DNA of 64,000 nucleotides from Planctomycetota bacterium (GTDB lineage Bacteria; Planctomycetota; UBA8742; UBA2392): NCBI GenBank assembly GCA_019636215.1, contig JAHBXZ010000001.1, positions 69,694 to 133,693 of the forward strand, read 5' to 3'. Shown piece by piece: positions 17,772 to 27,300 of this stretch (position 1 is its first letter; each line of letters starts with the position of its first letter). The notes under the pieces were generated by a model. It saw only the letters and a program-made list of their open reading frames with translations, ran no database searches and was not told where the DNA came from. The position numbers and the translations under genes were made by a program.

Positions 17772-19721
17772 ATGAGTGCCGACAGCAGCGCGGGCGCAAT
17801 CTGTGTGGCTGCCAATGCGGCCTGCACCGGCCCCGGCGGTTGCGGCTGCGGGGGCGGGTCCAACGCCGATACCAAGCTGGAAGAGATCCTGTGGATGTTC
17901 GACGACGATCTTGAAATGTTGGTGTTCAGCGGGCGCATGCAGTACATTTATGGCATGGGCCTTGCCTCCCCAGGCTCGACCAACACACCGCACCCCGATA
18001 CCGCGGGCATGGCCAGCCTTGGCGGCGGCGTGGGCGGCATGATTGTGGCCGAATACCGCTTTTGCGTGGTCGGCGAGTTCGCCGGCCACCTGTGGAACTA
18101 TGAAAACCAGCACGGGTCGCTGATCGGCCAGTGCGATGTCAACGGCGACCGCACCGTCGAGTTCGACTACAGCGACTACGGCCTTACCCTGGAACGGCCG
18201 ATCCTGATTGACGGCCGCACCGGCAACATCAGCAGCATCGCCCACGACGGCATGCTGAACATCACCAGTGTCACCTTCACCAACGGCCTGCCTTCGGCCC
18301 CGATCCTTGGCGCCGAGGTCCGGGTAGCAAGGCCGGGGGCTTCCGCCGACCGCCTGCTTTTTGCCACGGTGGCGGGTACAGCCGGCGGCACGACGATTGT
18401 GTTCCCGGATGCGGGGGCGGTGATTTACGACGCGATCAACGGCACGGGTTATGGCCTGATGGTGCTGCCGTTCTATGCGGGCTATTGGGGCGGGGTCTGG
18501 TCTGGTGCCAGCTATAGCTCCGGCACGGGCCTCACCACGTTCACGGGCGAGTTCGGCACGCCTGTGGGTGGCGGGGCGCTGGGCGACAGTGTCAAACCGG
18601 GCATGGTGGTGATCCCTGACCTGCACAAGGCCGTGCCCCTGCACATCGAAAGCGTGAACATTGATCTTCTGGGCAACGATACGTTGACGGTCAAGGGCGA
18701 CGCCACGGGGTTAGGCGGCAACGGCACGCGTTTCCGCATCCACCAGCATGCGCCCTACAAATACGACCTGACCGACGAAGTCAAACGCAACAACCCCTGC
18801 GACCTCGGCAGCCGCTATCTATGGAGCAACTACCGCCGCATCCCCTGGACCTGGAGCCGCGCCGGCGAAGACCCCTACCTGGCCTGGAACCGCGTGTATC
18901 TGGCCGAGATCGGGCGATGGACCAGCGCGGATGCGCTCGCGACGCCGTGGGAGAACAGGTCCAGCTACTGCGACGCACAACCCATGTCTCATTCTGACCC
19001 TACAGGCCTCCTCAAGGAATCATACCGGGAACCCAATGGGACGCTGAACTTCGATACCGAATACGAGGGGTGCGGTCCTCAGCAGCGCAGAATCTTGCAG
19101 GATCGCCTTTCGGTAGTCGGAAGACTTACGCTTTGGCTTGCTGGTGCAGTCGAGTCAGCGACAACGGCAGCATCCCGTGAGTATGAAAAGAAGAGTGCAA
19201 CTGCTAAAGAGGACGGTGAGTTTTGGCGGGGGAAGATAAAGCAGTGGTTCAAAACGGGCGATATCGAGAAGGAATACAAGGAGATACGCGACAATCTAAA
19301 TGAACTCAAAGAAGTATTTTTTAAGAACCCACCCACAAAGTCGATTTCAATCTCCTGCCACAATGCCTGCTGCGACTACGTGGCACAGGTGAGGGGGATC
19401 GTTGGCTTGGCCAACACCATTCACTTGTGTTGGAGGAAATTCGAGAAGTTGAACGTGCAAGATCAGGCCATGGCGCTGTTTCACGAGCTGTCCCATTCCT
19501 TTGCAGGGACAAGAGACCATTACTACTGGGCCGAGACGATGAAGTGGTGGCATTCCGACATGAATGATTGGAATGGCACAAAGGTAGACGACAAGGACCT
19601 GGACTCCGCCAAGCTTCGGAACAACGCGGCAACGTACGAGTACCTATTCAAAGAAATGTGGGACAAGCACTACGACTCATCGGGCAGGCCGCTGCCAAAG
19701 CCTCCGATTGCCCCAAGATAG
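17772..19721 (+). CDS. Rhs/YD-repeat polymorphic toxin with C-terminal HExxH toxin domain
   Basis: YD-like repeats (FDYSDYGLTLERP). The Rhs core-end motif is YLAWNRVYLAEIGRWTSADAL...SYCDAQPMSHSDPTGLL (compare RYYDPxxGRF...DPxGL). The lower-GC C-terminal tip carries FHELSHSF (HExxH). Start is uncertain (ORF opens at 17583; ATG 17772 chosen). Confidence 0.6.
   Translation: MSADSSAGAICVAANAACTGPGGCGCGGGSNADTKLEEILWMFDDDLEMLVFSGRMQYIYGMGLASPGSTNTPHPDTAGMASLGGGVGGMIVAEYRFCVVGEFAGHLWNYENQHGSLIGQCDVNGDRTVEFDYSDYGLTLERPILIDGRTGNISSIAHDGMLNITSVTFTNGLPSAPILGAEVRVARPGASADRLLFATVAGTAGGTTIVFPDAGAVIYDAINGTGYGLMVLPFYAGYWGGVWSGASYSSGTGLTTFTGEFGTPVGGGALGDSVKPGMVVIPDLHKAVPLHIESVNIDLLGNDTLTVKGDATGLGGNGTRFRIHQHAPYKYDLTDEVKRNNPCDLGSRYLWSNYRRIPWTWSRAGEDPYLAWNRVYLAEIGRWTSADALATPWENRSSYCDAQPMSHSDPTGLLKESYREPNGTLNFDTEYEGCGPQQRRILQDRLSVVGRLTLWLAGAVESATTAASREYEKKSATAKEDGEFWRGKIKQWFKTGDIEKEYKEIRDNLNELKEVFFKNPPTKSISISCHNACCDYVAQVRGIVGLANTIHLCWRKFEKLNVQDQAMALFHELSHSFAGTRDHYYWAETMKWWHSDMNDWNGTKVDDKDLDSAKLRNNAATYEYLFKEMWDKHYDSSGRPLPKPPIAPR
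18012..18731 (+). repeat. ~720-bp segment of the rhs core duplicated at 20243-20961 (~95% identity)
   Basis: Both copies encode ASLGGGVGGMIVAEYR(F/L)CVVGEFAGHLWNYENQHGSL...GDATGLGGNGTRF. Confidence 0.85.
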
Positions 19722-19773
19722 ATGCCGCTCGTTGCCAGACTTGCCGCAATTCCAAGAAATGAGGTGCGACCTA

Positions 19774-20154
19774 ATGACACGTTTAGCATCCATAGCACTG
19801 CATATCTGCATTATGGTTGGAGTCGGACTCTTGTCGAGCTGCAGCGACAACTACCCGGATCCGACTAAGGCAGAGGTTGCACAAGTGTTAGGCAAGATAG
19901 AGAGCAAGCTTGAGGCCAAGTTTCCAACGGGATCGACGAAGGCGCCAATCGTGACGACGTCTGATGTTGCGGACTGCTTTGATGGTGCTTCTCGAGTAAG
20001 GCTTTCGGACCTATCGATATACTCGTCAAGCGACGGATCGTTGCTGTTTGTTGTCATATATGGAGGAGGTGCAGATTGTTCCATGCTGCGCTTTGCTATC
20101 ACACAAACACCAAGGGTAAGCGTACAACACATGACCACAATTAGGGAGAGATAA
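19774..20154 (+). CDS. small lipoprotein downstream of the Rhs toxin tip (candidate immunity protein)
   Basis: gaggtg RBS then ATG. MTRLASIALHICIMVGVGLLSSCSDN is a lipoprotein signal plus lipobox. Low GC like the toxin tip, and placed where cognate immunity genes usually sit. Confidence 0.45.
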   Translation: MTRLASIALHICIMVGVGLLSSCSDNYPDPTKAEVAQVLGKIESKLEAKFPTGSTKAPIVTTSDVADCFDGASRVRLSDLSIYSSSDGSLLFVVIYGGGADCSMLRFAITQTPRVSVQHMTTIRER

Positions 20155-20185
20155 GGCAGCCCTGTCAGAGGAGGCGACTACTTTT

Positions 20186-20986
20186 GTGGTGTGGTGCGCA
20201 AAGACAGGTACATCTGCCGGAGGAAGCAATGTGAGAGTAAGCGCCAGCCTTGGCGGCGGCGTGGGCGGCATGATTGTGGCCGAATACCGCCTTTGCGTGG
20301 TCGGCGAGTTCGCCGGCCACCTGTGGAACTATGAAAACCAGCACGGGTCGCTGATCGGCCAGTGCGATGTCAACGGCGACCGCACCGTCGAGTTCGACTA
20401 CAGCGACTACGGCCTTACCCTGGAACGGCCGATCCTGATTGACGGCCGCACCGGCAACATCAGCGGCATCGCCCACGACGGCATGCTGAACATCACCAGT
20501 GTCACCTTTACCAACAGCCTGCCTGCGGCCACGATCCTTGGCGCCGAGGTGCGGGTTGCAAGGCCGGGGGCCTCCGCCGACCGCCTGCTGTTTGCCACGG
20601 TGGCAGGCACGGCAGGTGGCACGACGATTGTGTTCCCGGATGCGGGGGCGGTGATTTACAACGCGATCAATGGCACGGGTTATGGGTTGACGGTACTGCC
20701 GTTCTATGCGGGCTATTGGGGCGGGGTCTGGTCTGGTGCCAGCTATAGCTCGGGCACGGACCTCACAACATTCACTGGCGAGTTCGGCACGCCCGTGGGC
20801 GGCGGGGCACTGGGCGACAGTGTCAAACCGGGCATGGTGGTGATTCCCGACCTGCACAAGGCCGTGCCCCTGCACTTTGAAAGCGTAAGCATCAACCTGT
20901 TGGGCAGCGACACATTGACCGTCAAGGGCGACGCCACAGGCCTGGGCGGCAACGGCACGCGCTTTTCGCACCATCGCGGCGTGTAA
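20186..20986 (+). pseudogene. orphan rhs core fragment (duplicate of 18012-18731), truncated at both ends
   Basis: The 266-aa ORF matches the internal Rhs segment and ends early (…GNGTRFSHHRGV*). It lacks the Rhs N-terminus and C-terminal tip. Confidence 0.6.
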
Positions 20987-21163
20987 GACACAGGTCAATT
21001 GAACGACGCTGTGGCTGCCGCCCAATGCATCGGGACCAGTCAGCGTCCCCAATTCAATTCGCAGTCCTGCCGCGTGCCGCACTTCGTTACATGGCCGTTA
21101 CCCACGGCAGGCCTTGCGCGGGGTATGCATTGGTGGGGGCTCACCCCCAGACGGAGACCCGCC

Positions 21164-21667
21164 ATGATGAAACTGAGCATGTTTGCGCCAGCCCTGCTGA
21201 TGATCGGCTGTGTTGCCTGCACCGGCACCAACCCTGGGCCGATAATCGAACTGCCGGCACCCGGCGGCGCGGTTGTAGCTGTCACCGAGGTCGCCCCGGC
21301 GTCGCGGCACTTTGCCGATGCCACGACCGCGGCAGTCGCCGCTGCGTCGCCCGACAAAGCCGTGGCCGATGCCGCGATAGCGTACCTGCGCGACCGGGGC
21401 CCGGCTGGCCTGGCGGCCATGCAGCAGGTTCATGGCGCGGAAGTTGCTTTCCGGCTTGGCGAGGCCGAGGCCGGCAGCGCGCCGGACACCGAGACAAGCG
21501 ACCGCGTGCTGCGCGCGTTTGACAGGATCAGCGGCCAGCACGACGGCTGGGCCAGCGGCCTGTTCTGGCACAGGGATGCCGAATCCGCCCGGGCCGAAGC
21601 CCGCGCCCGGGGGCTGCCGATTCTCAACCTGTGGCTGCTGGGCACGCTGGACGACGAGTTCTGTTGA
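21164..21667 (+). CDS. lipoprotein N-terminal part of a thioredoxin-like protein, ending at an in-frame TGA (21665-21667)
   Basis: MMKLSMFAPALLMIGCVACTG is a lipoprotein signal. The ORF ends ...GLPILNLWLLGTLDDEFC-TGA inside a thioredoxin-fold active-site region. Either a pseudogene or the upstream part of a selenoprotein. Confidence 0.45.
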   Translation: MMKLSMFAPALLMIGCVACTGTNPGPIIELPAPGGAVVAVTEVAPASRHFADATTAAVAAASPDKAVADAAIAYLRDRGPAGLAAMQQVHGAEVAFRLGEAEAGSAPDTETSDRVLRAFDRISGQHDGWASGLFWHRDAESARAEARARGLPILNLWLLGTLDDEFC

Positions 21668-21682
21668 GCCAACGGGCGCTAC

Positions 21683-22705
21683 ATGCGTACCGTGCTGTAC
21701 GCAAACAAAGAAGTGTCGGCCTGGCTGGGCGCAAACTTTGTGATGCAGTGGACCAGCGAACGCCCGGTCCCGAAGATCACCATCGACTTCGGCGACGGCC
21801 GCAAGCTTGAACGAACCCTTACCGGCAACTCGGTGCACTACGTGCTGGATGCCGACGGCAACCCGCTGGACGCCCTGCCCGGCCTGTACGCGCCAGGCCC
21901 CTTCAAGGCGGCACTGGAACGTGCCCGGTTGCTGCACGCTGAGGTGCAGGACAAGCCCGGGCACGAACGCGACAGGCTGGTGGCACTGTTTCACTATGCC
22001 CGGGCAGCTGCGCTGCAGGGGCGTTTTGCGGACGCTGTTGCGCGGGCCGGCGGTGAAGCGAAATCGCCTGAGCCCGACACCGAGAAAGTGACGCGCTTGA
22101 ATGCCGGTGACCCCGACTTCCTGGGCAGGGTGGATCACGAGTTCGCGTCGAGAGCCATTCATCGGTCGCTATCCAAGGCAGGAGTCGAGTTGCCGATCCT
22201 GCTCGCGGCGACGGGCTATGACAGCGCCGCACTGGAAGCCATCAGCACCGAAATGTGGCGGACGATTGCCGCGACCGAGCTGCCCGACCCGGGCCTGGAT
22301 TCACGCAGCCTGGCGTTGATGGCCCGCGAGGCCGGGGCCACCGGCCTGCGCGCCGATGCCTTGGCAAGGGTCCGCCGGGCGACTAACCCCTTTGCCGCCG
22401 AGAAGGCCGTAAGGGTGGCGGTGGGCAAGATGATGATGGGCGAAGGCCGCATGCTGAACCTGCTGAATGAAAGTGAGAACGCGCTTGCCCGAATGGCCCA
22501 GAAGTTTGAAGAGACGCTGGCGATCGACTCACTGCGCAACGACTACCAGTTCCACAGCCGGATCCACCAGTGGTTCGCCATGGGTGAGGTAAAGGACTTG
22601 GAGGAACTGAATGAGCGCGTGTATCGCGAAGTGTTCCTGACCCCGCGCAGCGACAAGTGGCTGGGTCTTGCCGACCCGGAGTCGTTTGTCGGCATCGGCG
22701 GCTGA
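21683..22705 (+). CDS. thioredoxin-like domain protein, in frame with the preceding ORF across the single TGA
   Basis: Same reading frame as 21164-21667. ...RTVLYANKEVSAWLGANFVMQW continues the thioredoxin-fold alignment (compare the VFxDPxVxxxLNxxFVxVKVD pattern). Confidence 0.5.
   Translation: MRTVLYANKEVSAWLGANFVMQWTSERPVPKITIDFGDGRKLERTLTGNSVHYVLDADGNPLDALPGLYAPGPFKAALERARLLHAEVQDKPGHERDRLVALFHYARAAALQGRFADAVARAGGEAKSPEPDTEKVTRLNAGDPDFLGRVDHEFASRAIHRSLSKAGVELPILLAATGYDSAALEAISTEMWRTIAATELPDPGLDSRSLALMAREAGATGLRADALARVRRATNPFAAEKAVRVAVGKMMMGEGRMLNLLNESENALARMAQKFEETLAIDSLRNDYQFHSRIHQWFAMGEVKDLEELNERVYREVFLTPRSDKWLGLADPESFVGIGG
21684..21703 (+). other. hairpin 17 nt downstream of the in-frame TGA (SECIS-like candidate)
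   Basis: tgcgtac-cgtgct-gtacgca is a perfect 7-bp stem with a 6-nt loop containing GU. Confidence 0.25.
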
Positions 22706-22757
22706 ATCCGGCGGAGGCATTACGGGCCACGGGCGCGAACCCGTGGCCCGGTTGCGT

Positions 22758-24290
22758 TCAGGCCGGAATCAGCGCGCGAAACGACGCGTAGCCGGCATCG
22801 GCGGATTCACGCAGAAAGCGCAGTGCGCCGCCTGTGTCACCCGTGCCCGCGGCCAGCAGGTTTCGGGCGTGCAATGCGCGCAGGTCCAGCGTGATTGTGC
22901 GGTCGGCCGGCACGGCATCCATCGCGCGCTGGGCCTCGGCAAGGCACCGGGCGAGTTCGCGCTTGTCGGCGGCCAGCCGGGCGACCTGCGCGCGGTGGAC
23001 GGCGACCACAACGTCGCGCAACTGCGGCGAGTTCACCCGCGGCGGGCTTTCAGCAACCAGCTTCTCGGCCCGGGCCAATGCGCCCTTGCGACGGCCGGCC
23101 AGCAAGTCGGCCAGCAGCACGGTGCGTCGCGAATCGTATTCATCGGGCGGAACCTGCACCATGCCGCCGCCAAGGTGGCTGCGGGCCAGTTCCGCCAGTT
23201 CGGGGGCGTCCTCAACCAGGCCTGCATGGCGCATCAGCACCCGCACCCCGCCGCGCGACAACAGCGGGGATTTGCGCATCGCCGTCAACGTGGTCAGCCC
23301 GCCCAGCAGCTCCGCGCGATAGCGCATAATGGCGGCAAAGCCCTGCGAGGTTTCGGGCAGGCGCTGCAGCGCCCGCAGCACACGGGCCAGGCCTGCAATC
23401 AGGTCGCCAAGTTCAAACTGGAACGAGCCCGCGATGACTTCAAGCTCGAGGTACGACGTTGACTGCCGGGTGTCGTCGCGCGCCAGTTGCAGGGCGGCCT
23501 CGCAGATGCGCAGACCGTCCACAAACCGGCCGCTGTCGCGCAGTGCGAGGGCGAAGTTGCCGGCTTCCTCCACCGCCAGTGTGTCCTTCAGCCCGCCGTC
23601 GCGCAGTTTGCGCGCGAACATGCGAAAGTGAATCTCCATGGCGGCGTCCACGCGCCCGTGAAGGTGTTCAAACATGGCCAGCAGCGAGTCAAGCTCGGAC
23701 AGCAGATCGTCGGCATCGCAGAAGCGGCTGACCTGCAGCGCGGCCTTGCGGATCGATGCCGCGCGCTGAAGTTCCATGCGGCCCTGGTGCGCGCGCATGC
23801 GTCCGAGCAGTTCACGCAGAATCGGGCGGCTCTGGGCGTTGATTTTTTCGCGCAGGCGCTCGTAGGTGTCCATGGCCTCGCCCAGGGCGCGCAGTGTCCT
23901 GTCTTCGGTTTTCTGTCCCAGGGCACCCAGCCGCATGCGCGAGACGGCGTTCATGGCCTCTACCAGTTCCAGCAGGTTGCCACCCAGCTTTGCGGTGCCC
24001 GGTTCGACTTCGCTCAGCATCGCGCCGCCGGCCCCGGCCAGCAGCCAGGCCGGGTTAGTCTCAAAGGCGTCCACCAGCGCGCTGAGAAACTCGGCGGGTA
24101 TCTTTCCTTCATGCGCGTAACGGTGAACGTTGGTCAGTGGCGTGCCGGTGCGACGGGCGATTTCGGACAGGCCCCAGCGGGCCTTGAGCTCGTTCAGGCG
24201 CGCGCGGATTTCGGCCTGGTAGTCTTCGGCGGCTCGGGCTTTCCGGTTTTCCATGGGTGAGGCCTGGGGTTTCGGTTTTCGGAATGACAA
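22758..24290 (-). CDS. XRE-like HTH plus TPR-like repeat transcriptional regulator
   Basis: N-terminal LSEIARRTGTPLTNVHRYAHEGKIPAEFL is helix-turn-helix-like. A long Ala/Leu-rich helical repeat body follows. Divergent from the large surface-protein gene. Confidence 0.55.
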   Translation of the reverse strand: MSFRKPKPQASPMENRKARAAEDYQAEIRARLNELKARWGLSEIARRTGTPLTNVHRYAHEGKIPAEFLSALVDAFETNPAWLLAGAGGAMLSEVEPGTAKLGGNLLELVEAMNAVSRMRLGALGQKTEDRTLRALGEAMDTYERLREKINAQSRPILRELLGRMRAHQGRMELQRAASIRKAALQVSRFCDADDLLSELDSLLAMFEHLHGRVDAAMEIHFRMFARKLRDGGLKDTLAVEEAGNFALALRDSGRFVDGLRICEAALQLARDDTRQSTSYLELEVIAGSFQFELGDLIAGLARVLRALQRLPETSQGFAAIMRYRAELLGGLTTLTAMRKSPLLSRGGVRVLMRHAGLVEDAPELAELARSHLGGGMVQVPPDEYDSRRTVLLADLLAGRRKGALARAEKLVAESPPRVNSPQLRDVVVAVHRAQVARLAADKRELARCLAEAQRAMDAVPADRTITLDLRALHARNLLAAGTGDTGGALRFLRESADAGYASFRALIPA

Positions 24291-24353
24291 GTGCTGGCAA
24301 TCTTAGGTTAGTACTTCCGAAAGCGGTACTGTGGTGCGCACAGGAGGAGAATC

Positions 24354-27300
24354 ATGCGCACCACGATCATCATGCTGCTGGCTTGTGCGGGCACACTGCT
24401 GGCGGCGCAGGACTACGGCGACGCCCCGCACCCGTACCCGCAAAAGACGGCATGGTCCGCCACAACCTCAGAGATCATCCTGGGCAGTGTGGTCAGCAGC
24501 GACACCCAGAATCCCGTGCCCGGCGGCTGGAACGCCGACAATGACGACGGCGTTGTCGGTTCACCCCTGTGGAACCCGGTTGCCGACGACAACCAGCTGA
24601 CCGTGCGCGTGGGCGGCGGAAACACCGGATACCTGACACTGTGGGTTGACGCCAACGATGACGGAACCTGGGACGTCTCCGAACGCTATCGTTACACCAC
24701 CATCCATGTTGCGCCCAACGCCGACTACACCTTCACCGGCATCCGCCTGCAAAGGCCGCAGGGCTTCTCACGCAACGGCGCGAACAAAGTGGCGGTGCGC
24801 ATTGAGGTGCAGGAGAACTTCGGCGGCCCGCCCAACCTCAGCCCGACCGGCGCTTTCTACTTCGGCGAGATAGAAGACTGGCTGATTGATTGCACCGCCC
24901 CTGCCTTCACCGTGCACACTCTGGCGCTGCGTGAGGCCGTAGAGGGTCGCCCCATCCATGCGCCGATCAGCGCTGCCTCGGGCGTGCCTCCGTACACCTG
25001 GCAGCTTGTCAGCGGAAGTGTTCCGGCAGGCCTGACACTGGTGCAAAGCGGCAACCAGTTCCTGCTGTCGGGGACACCCGGCGCCGGCACAGGCTCGGGC
25101 TCGCCCCTGTATTCGCTGCAGGTGCAGGTGACCGACGCGACGGCGCAGGTCGCGCAGCGCACGCTGCAGCTGCGAGTACTGGCTGCACCGGTGGCCGCCC
25201 CCTTCATGGACGACTTTTCCACCAACCGGGGCTGGGTGCTGGGAAACACCTGGTCGCGCGCCGCGGCAGTTGCCTACCTGGGGCTGGGCGTGGATTACCT
25301 CGGCGAAACCTGCACCGAGCCCGCAACAGACGCCACGCCCACAAGCACGGACAACATGATCCTGGCCGACAGCCTTGGCGGGCCTTTCACCATGAACCAG
25401 TTGGTGCCCAAGACGCTGTGGGCGACCTCGCCGATTGTTGACTGCAGCGCATTGGCCAGTGTGCAGCTTCGTTTCAAGCGCTGGGCCAGCACCCAGATTG
25501 GCGACTACACCGACGGTACGGATCGGCTTGTCATTGAGGCCAGCAACGACGGCCTGACCTGGACCAATGTGTGGAAGTCCAGCAGCGAGGCTGCCAGCGG
25601 GGCGCTTGTTGACATGGCCTGGACGTTGCGCGTGTTTGACATTTCTGCCGTAGCGGCCGGCCAGCCCCGTGTTCAGGTGCGCTTCGGCGTGGGGCCCAGC
25701 ATCGACAAGACATTGGCCAACCCCTACATCGCCACAGTGCCGGATGACTTTGCCGGCTGGTGCATAGACGACCTGAGCATCGCCGCGCCACCATTGGACG
25801 CGCTTCAAGTTTCGGGCTTCACCCTGCAGTCGCCCATGCAGTTCCAGCACCCGGACAACCAGCAGACCTACCCCGTAGGCATGCGCAGCTATCCGCACCT
25901 CTTTACGGCGCTGGCCAGCAACCCGACATCACAGGCAGTGCTGCTGGACAGCTGTGAAGTGGGCATCACCTGGCCGCAACAGCCCGGGCATTCGCACTCC
26001 GCGACCATTGCCTTTCACAACGGGCACCAAAGCTGGTACGACGCCGGCACATGGACACTCAACGCGCCGGTTACCCTGGCTGCAGGCCAGAGTGGTGTCA
26101 CCGTCATGGGCACATTGCAGTGCAACGGCCTGCTGCCACACCTGGCCTATCAGGTAATGCGCTGCCGTCTGTACCTGCGTGGCACCGTGATTGCAACCGG
26201 CGAGCCCTTTGAAAGCACCGCCGTGATGGAATGTGTGTTCGATGACAGCCCGTCTGGCCTGCACGTCCGCGAGGCCAACCCGGGCTCCGCGCCCGGTGCT
26301 GAAATCCTGTGGGGCGAAACTGCCAGCGGCCTGCGCAACTTCGGCAGCGTACCGGCCACTGTCCCGGCCACGCCGGGCAACTGGATCAACATCATCTGCC
26401 AGACTAACAGCAGCAACGTGTTCACCGTGCAGCCGCCGGTGCTGACCGGGCCGGATGCAGGGCAGTTCGAGATTTACTCGCCTATCCCCTGGGTCGACAC
26501 GCCGGTGCAAGGCCTGAACAACGTCTGGTTCAGTGTGCGCTTTCGGCCCACCAGCCTTGGCGCCAAGTCGGCCTGGGTGGAGTTTAGCCACACAGCGATC
26601 AACGCGCCGACGCCCTTCCGGTTTGAAGTGATCGGCACCGGTGTGGGAACCGCCCCGATCGTAGAAGTTCGCGAGCAACAGACTGGCGGACTGGTGGGCA
26701 ACGGTGCCACGGCTTTCGGCCAGCGCGATTTCGGGCAGGTGGATATCAGTTCCTGGCCAACTTCGCCGCGGCATTTCATTGTCAACAACGTCGGTTCGAT
26801 GGCGCTGACCCTTGGAACCCCGGTGCTGACCGGCCCCGGTGCCGGCGCGTTCGTGCTGGATCTCTCGCAGTTCAGCACCAGCATCGCGCCCGGGGCACAT
26901 GCCACCATTGGCGTCAGCTTCAACCCGGCGGCGCTGGGTCACTTCAGCGCATGGGTGGAGTTCACCCACAACGATACCGGCACCGCCAACCCGTTCACAT
27001 TTGAGGTCAAGGGCCAGGGCGTGATCACCGCGCCCACCATCGAAGTTCGCCTGGGTGGGCAATTCGGGCCGATTGTCGTGCCGGGCACGCCGGCCGGCGG
27101 GCTGACACAGTTTGGCGCGCTTCAGGTGGGTGGCGGGCCATCGGGTGCTCTCACGATCTACATCCGCAACCTGGGCGTGAATGCCCTGCAGGTGGACGCG
27201 GCGATGCTGACCGGAACACACGCGGCGGACTTCATCCTGACGGCGCCCGCGCTTCCGGCCACACTGGCTAACGGCCAGTCCGTCACCTTTGACATTGCCT

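Noticed and set aside
17763-21082. Minus-strand ORFs 17763-18644 and 20165-21082 (293 and 305 aa), which are near-identical to each other
   Set aside because: They are the antisense reading of the duplicated rhs core segments. The identity comes from the DNA repeat, not from paralogous genes.
24291-24353. Possible sigma-54 promoter (cTGGCAatcttaGGTTa) upstream of the large surface-protein gene
   Set aside because: The -12 element (TTGC) is absent and only the TGGCA half matches. Retained only as an inverted-repeat operator candidate.
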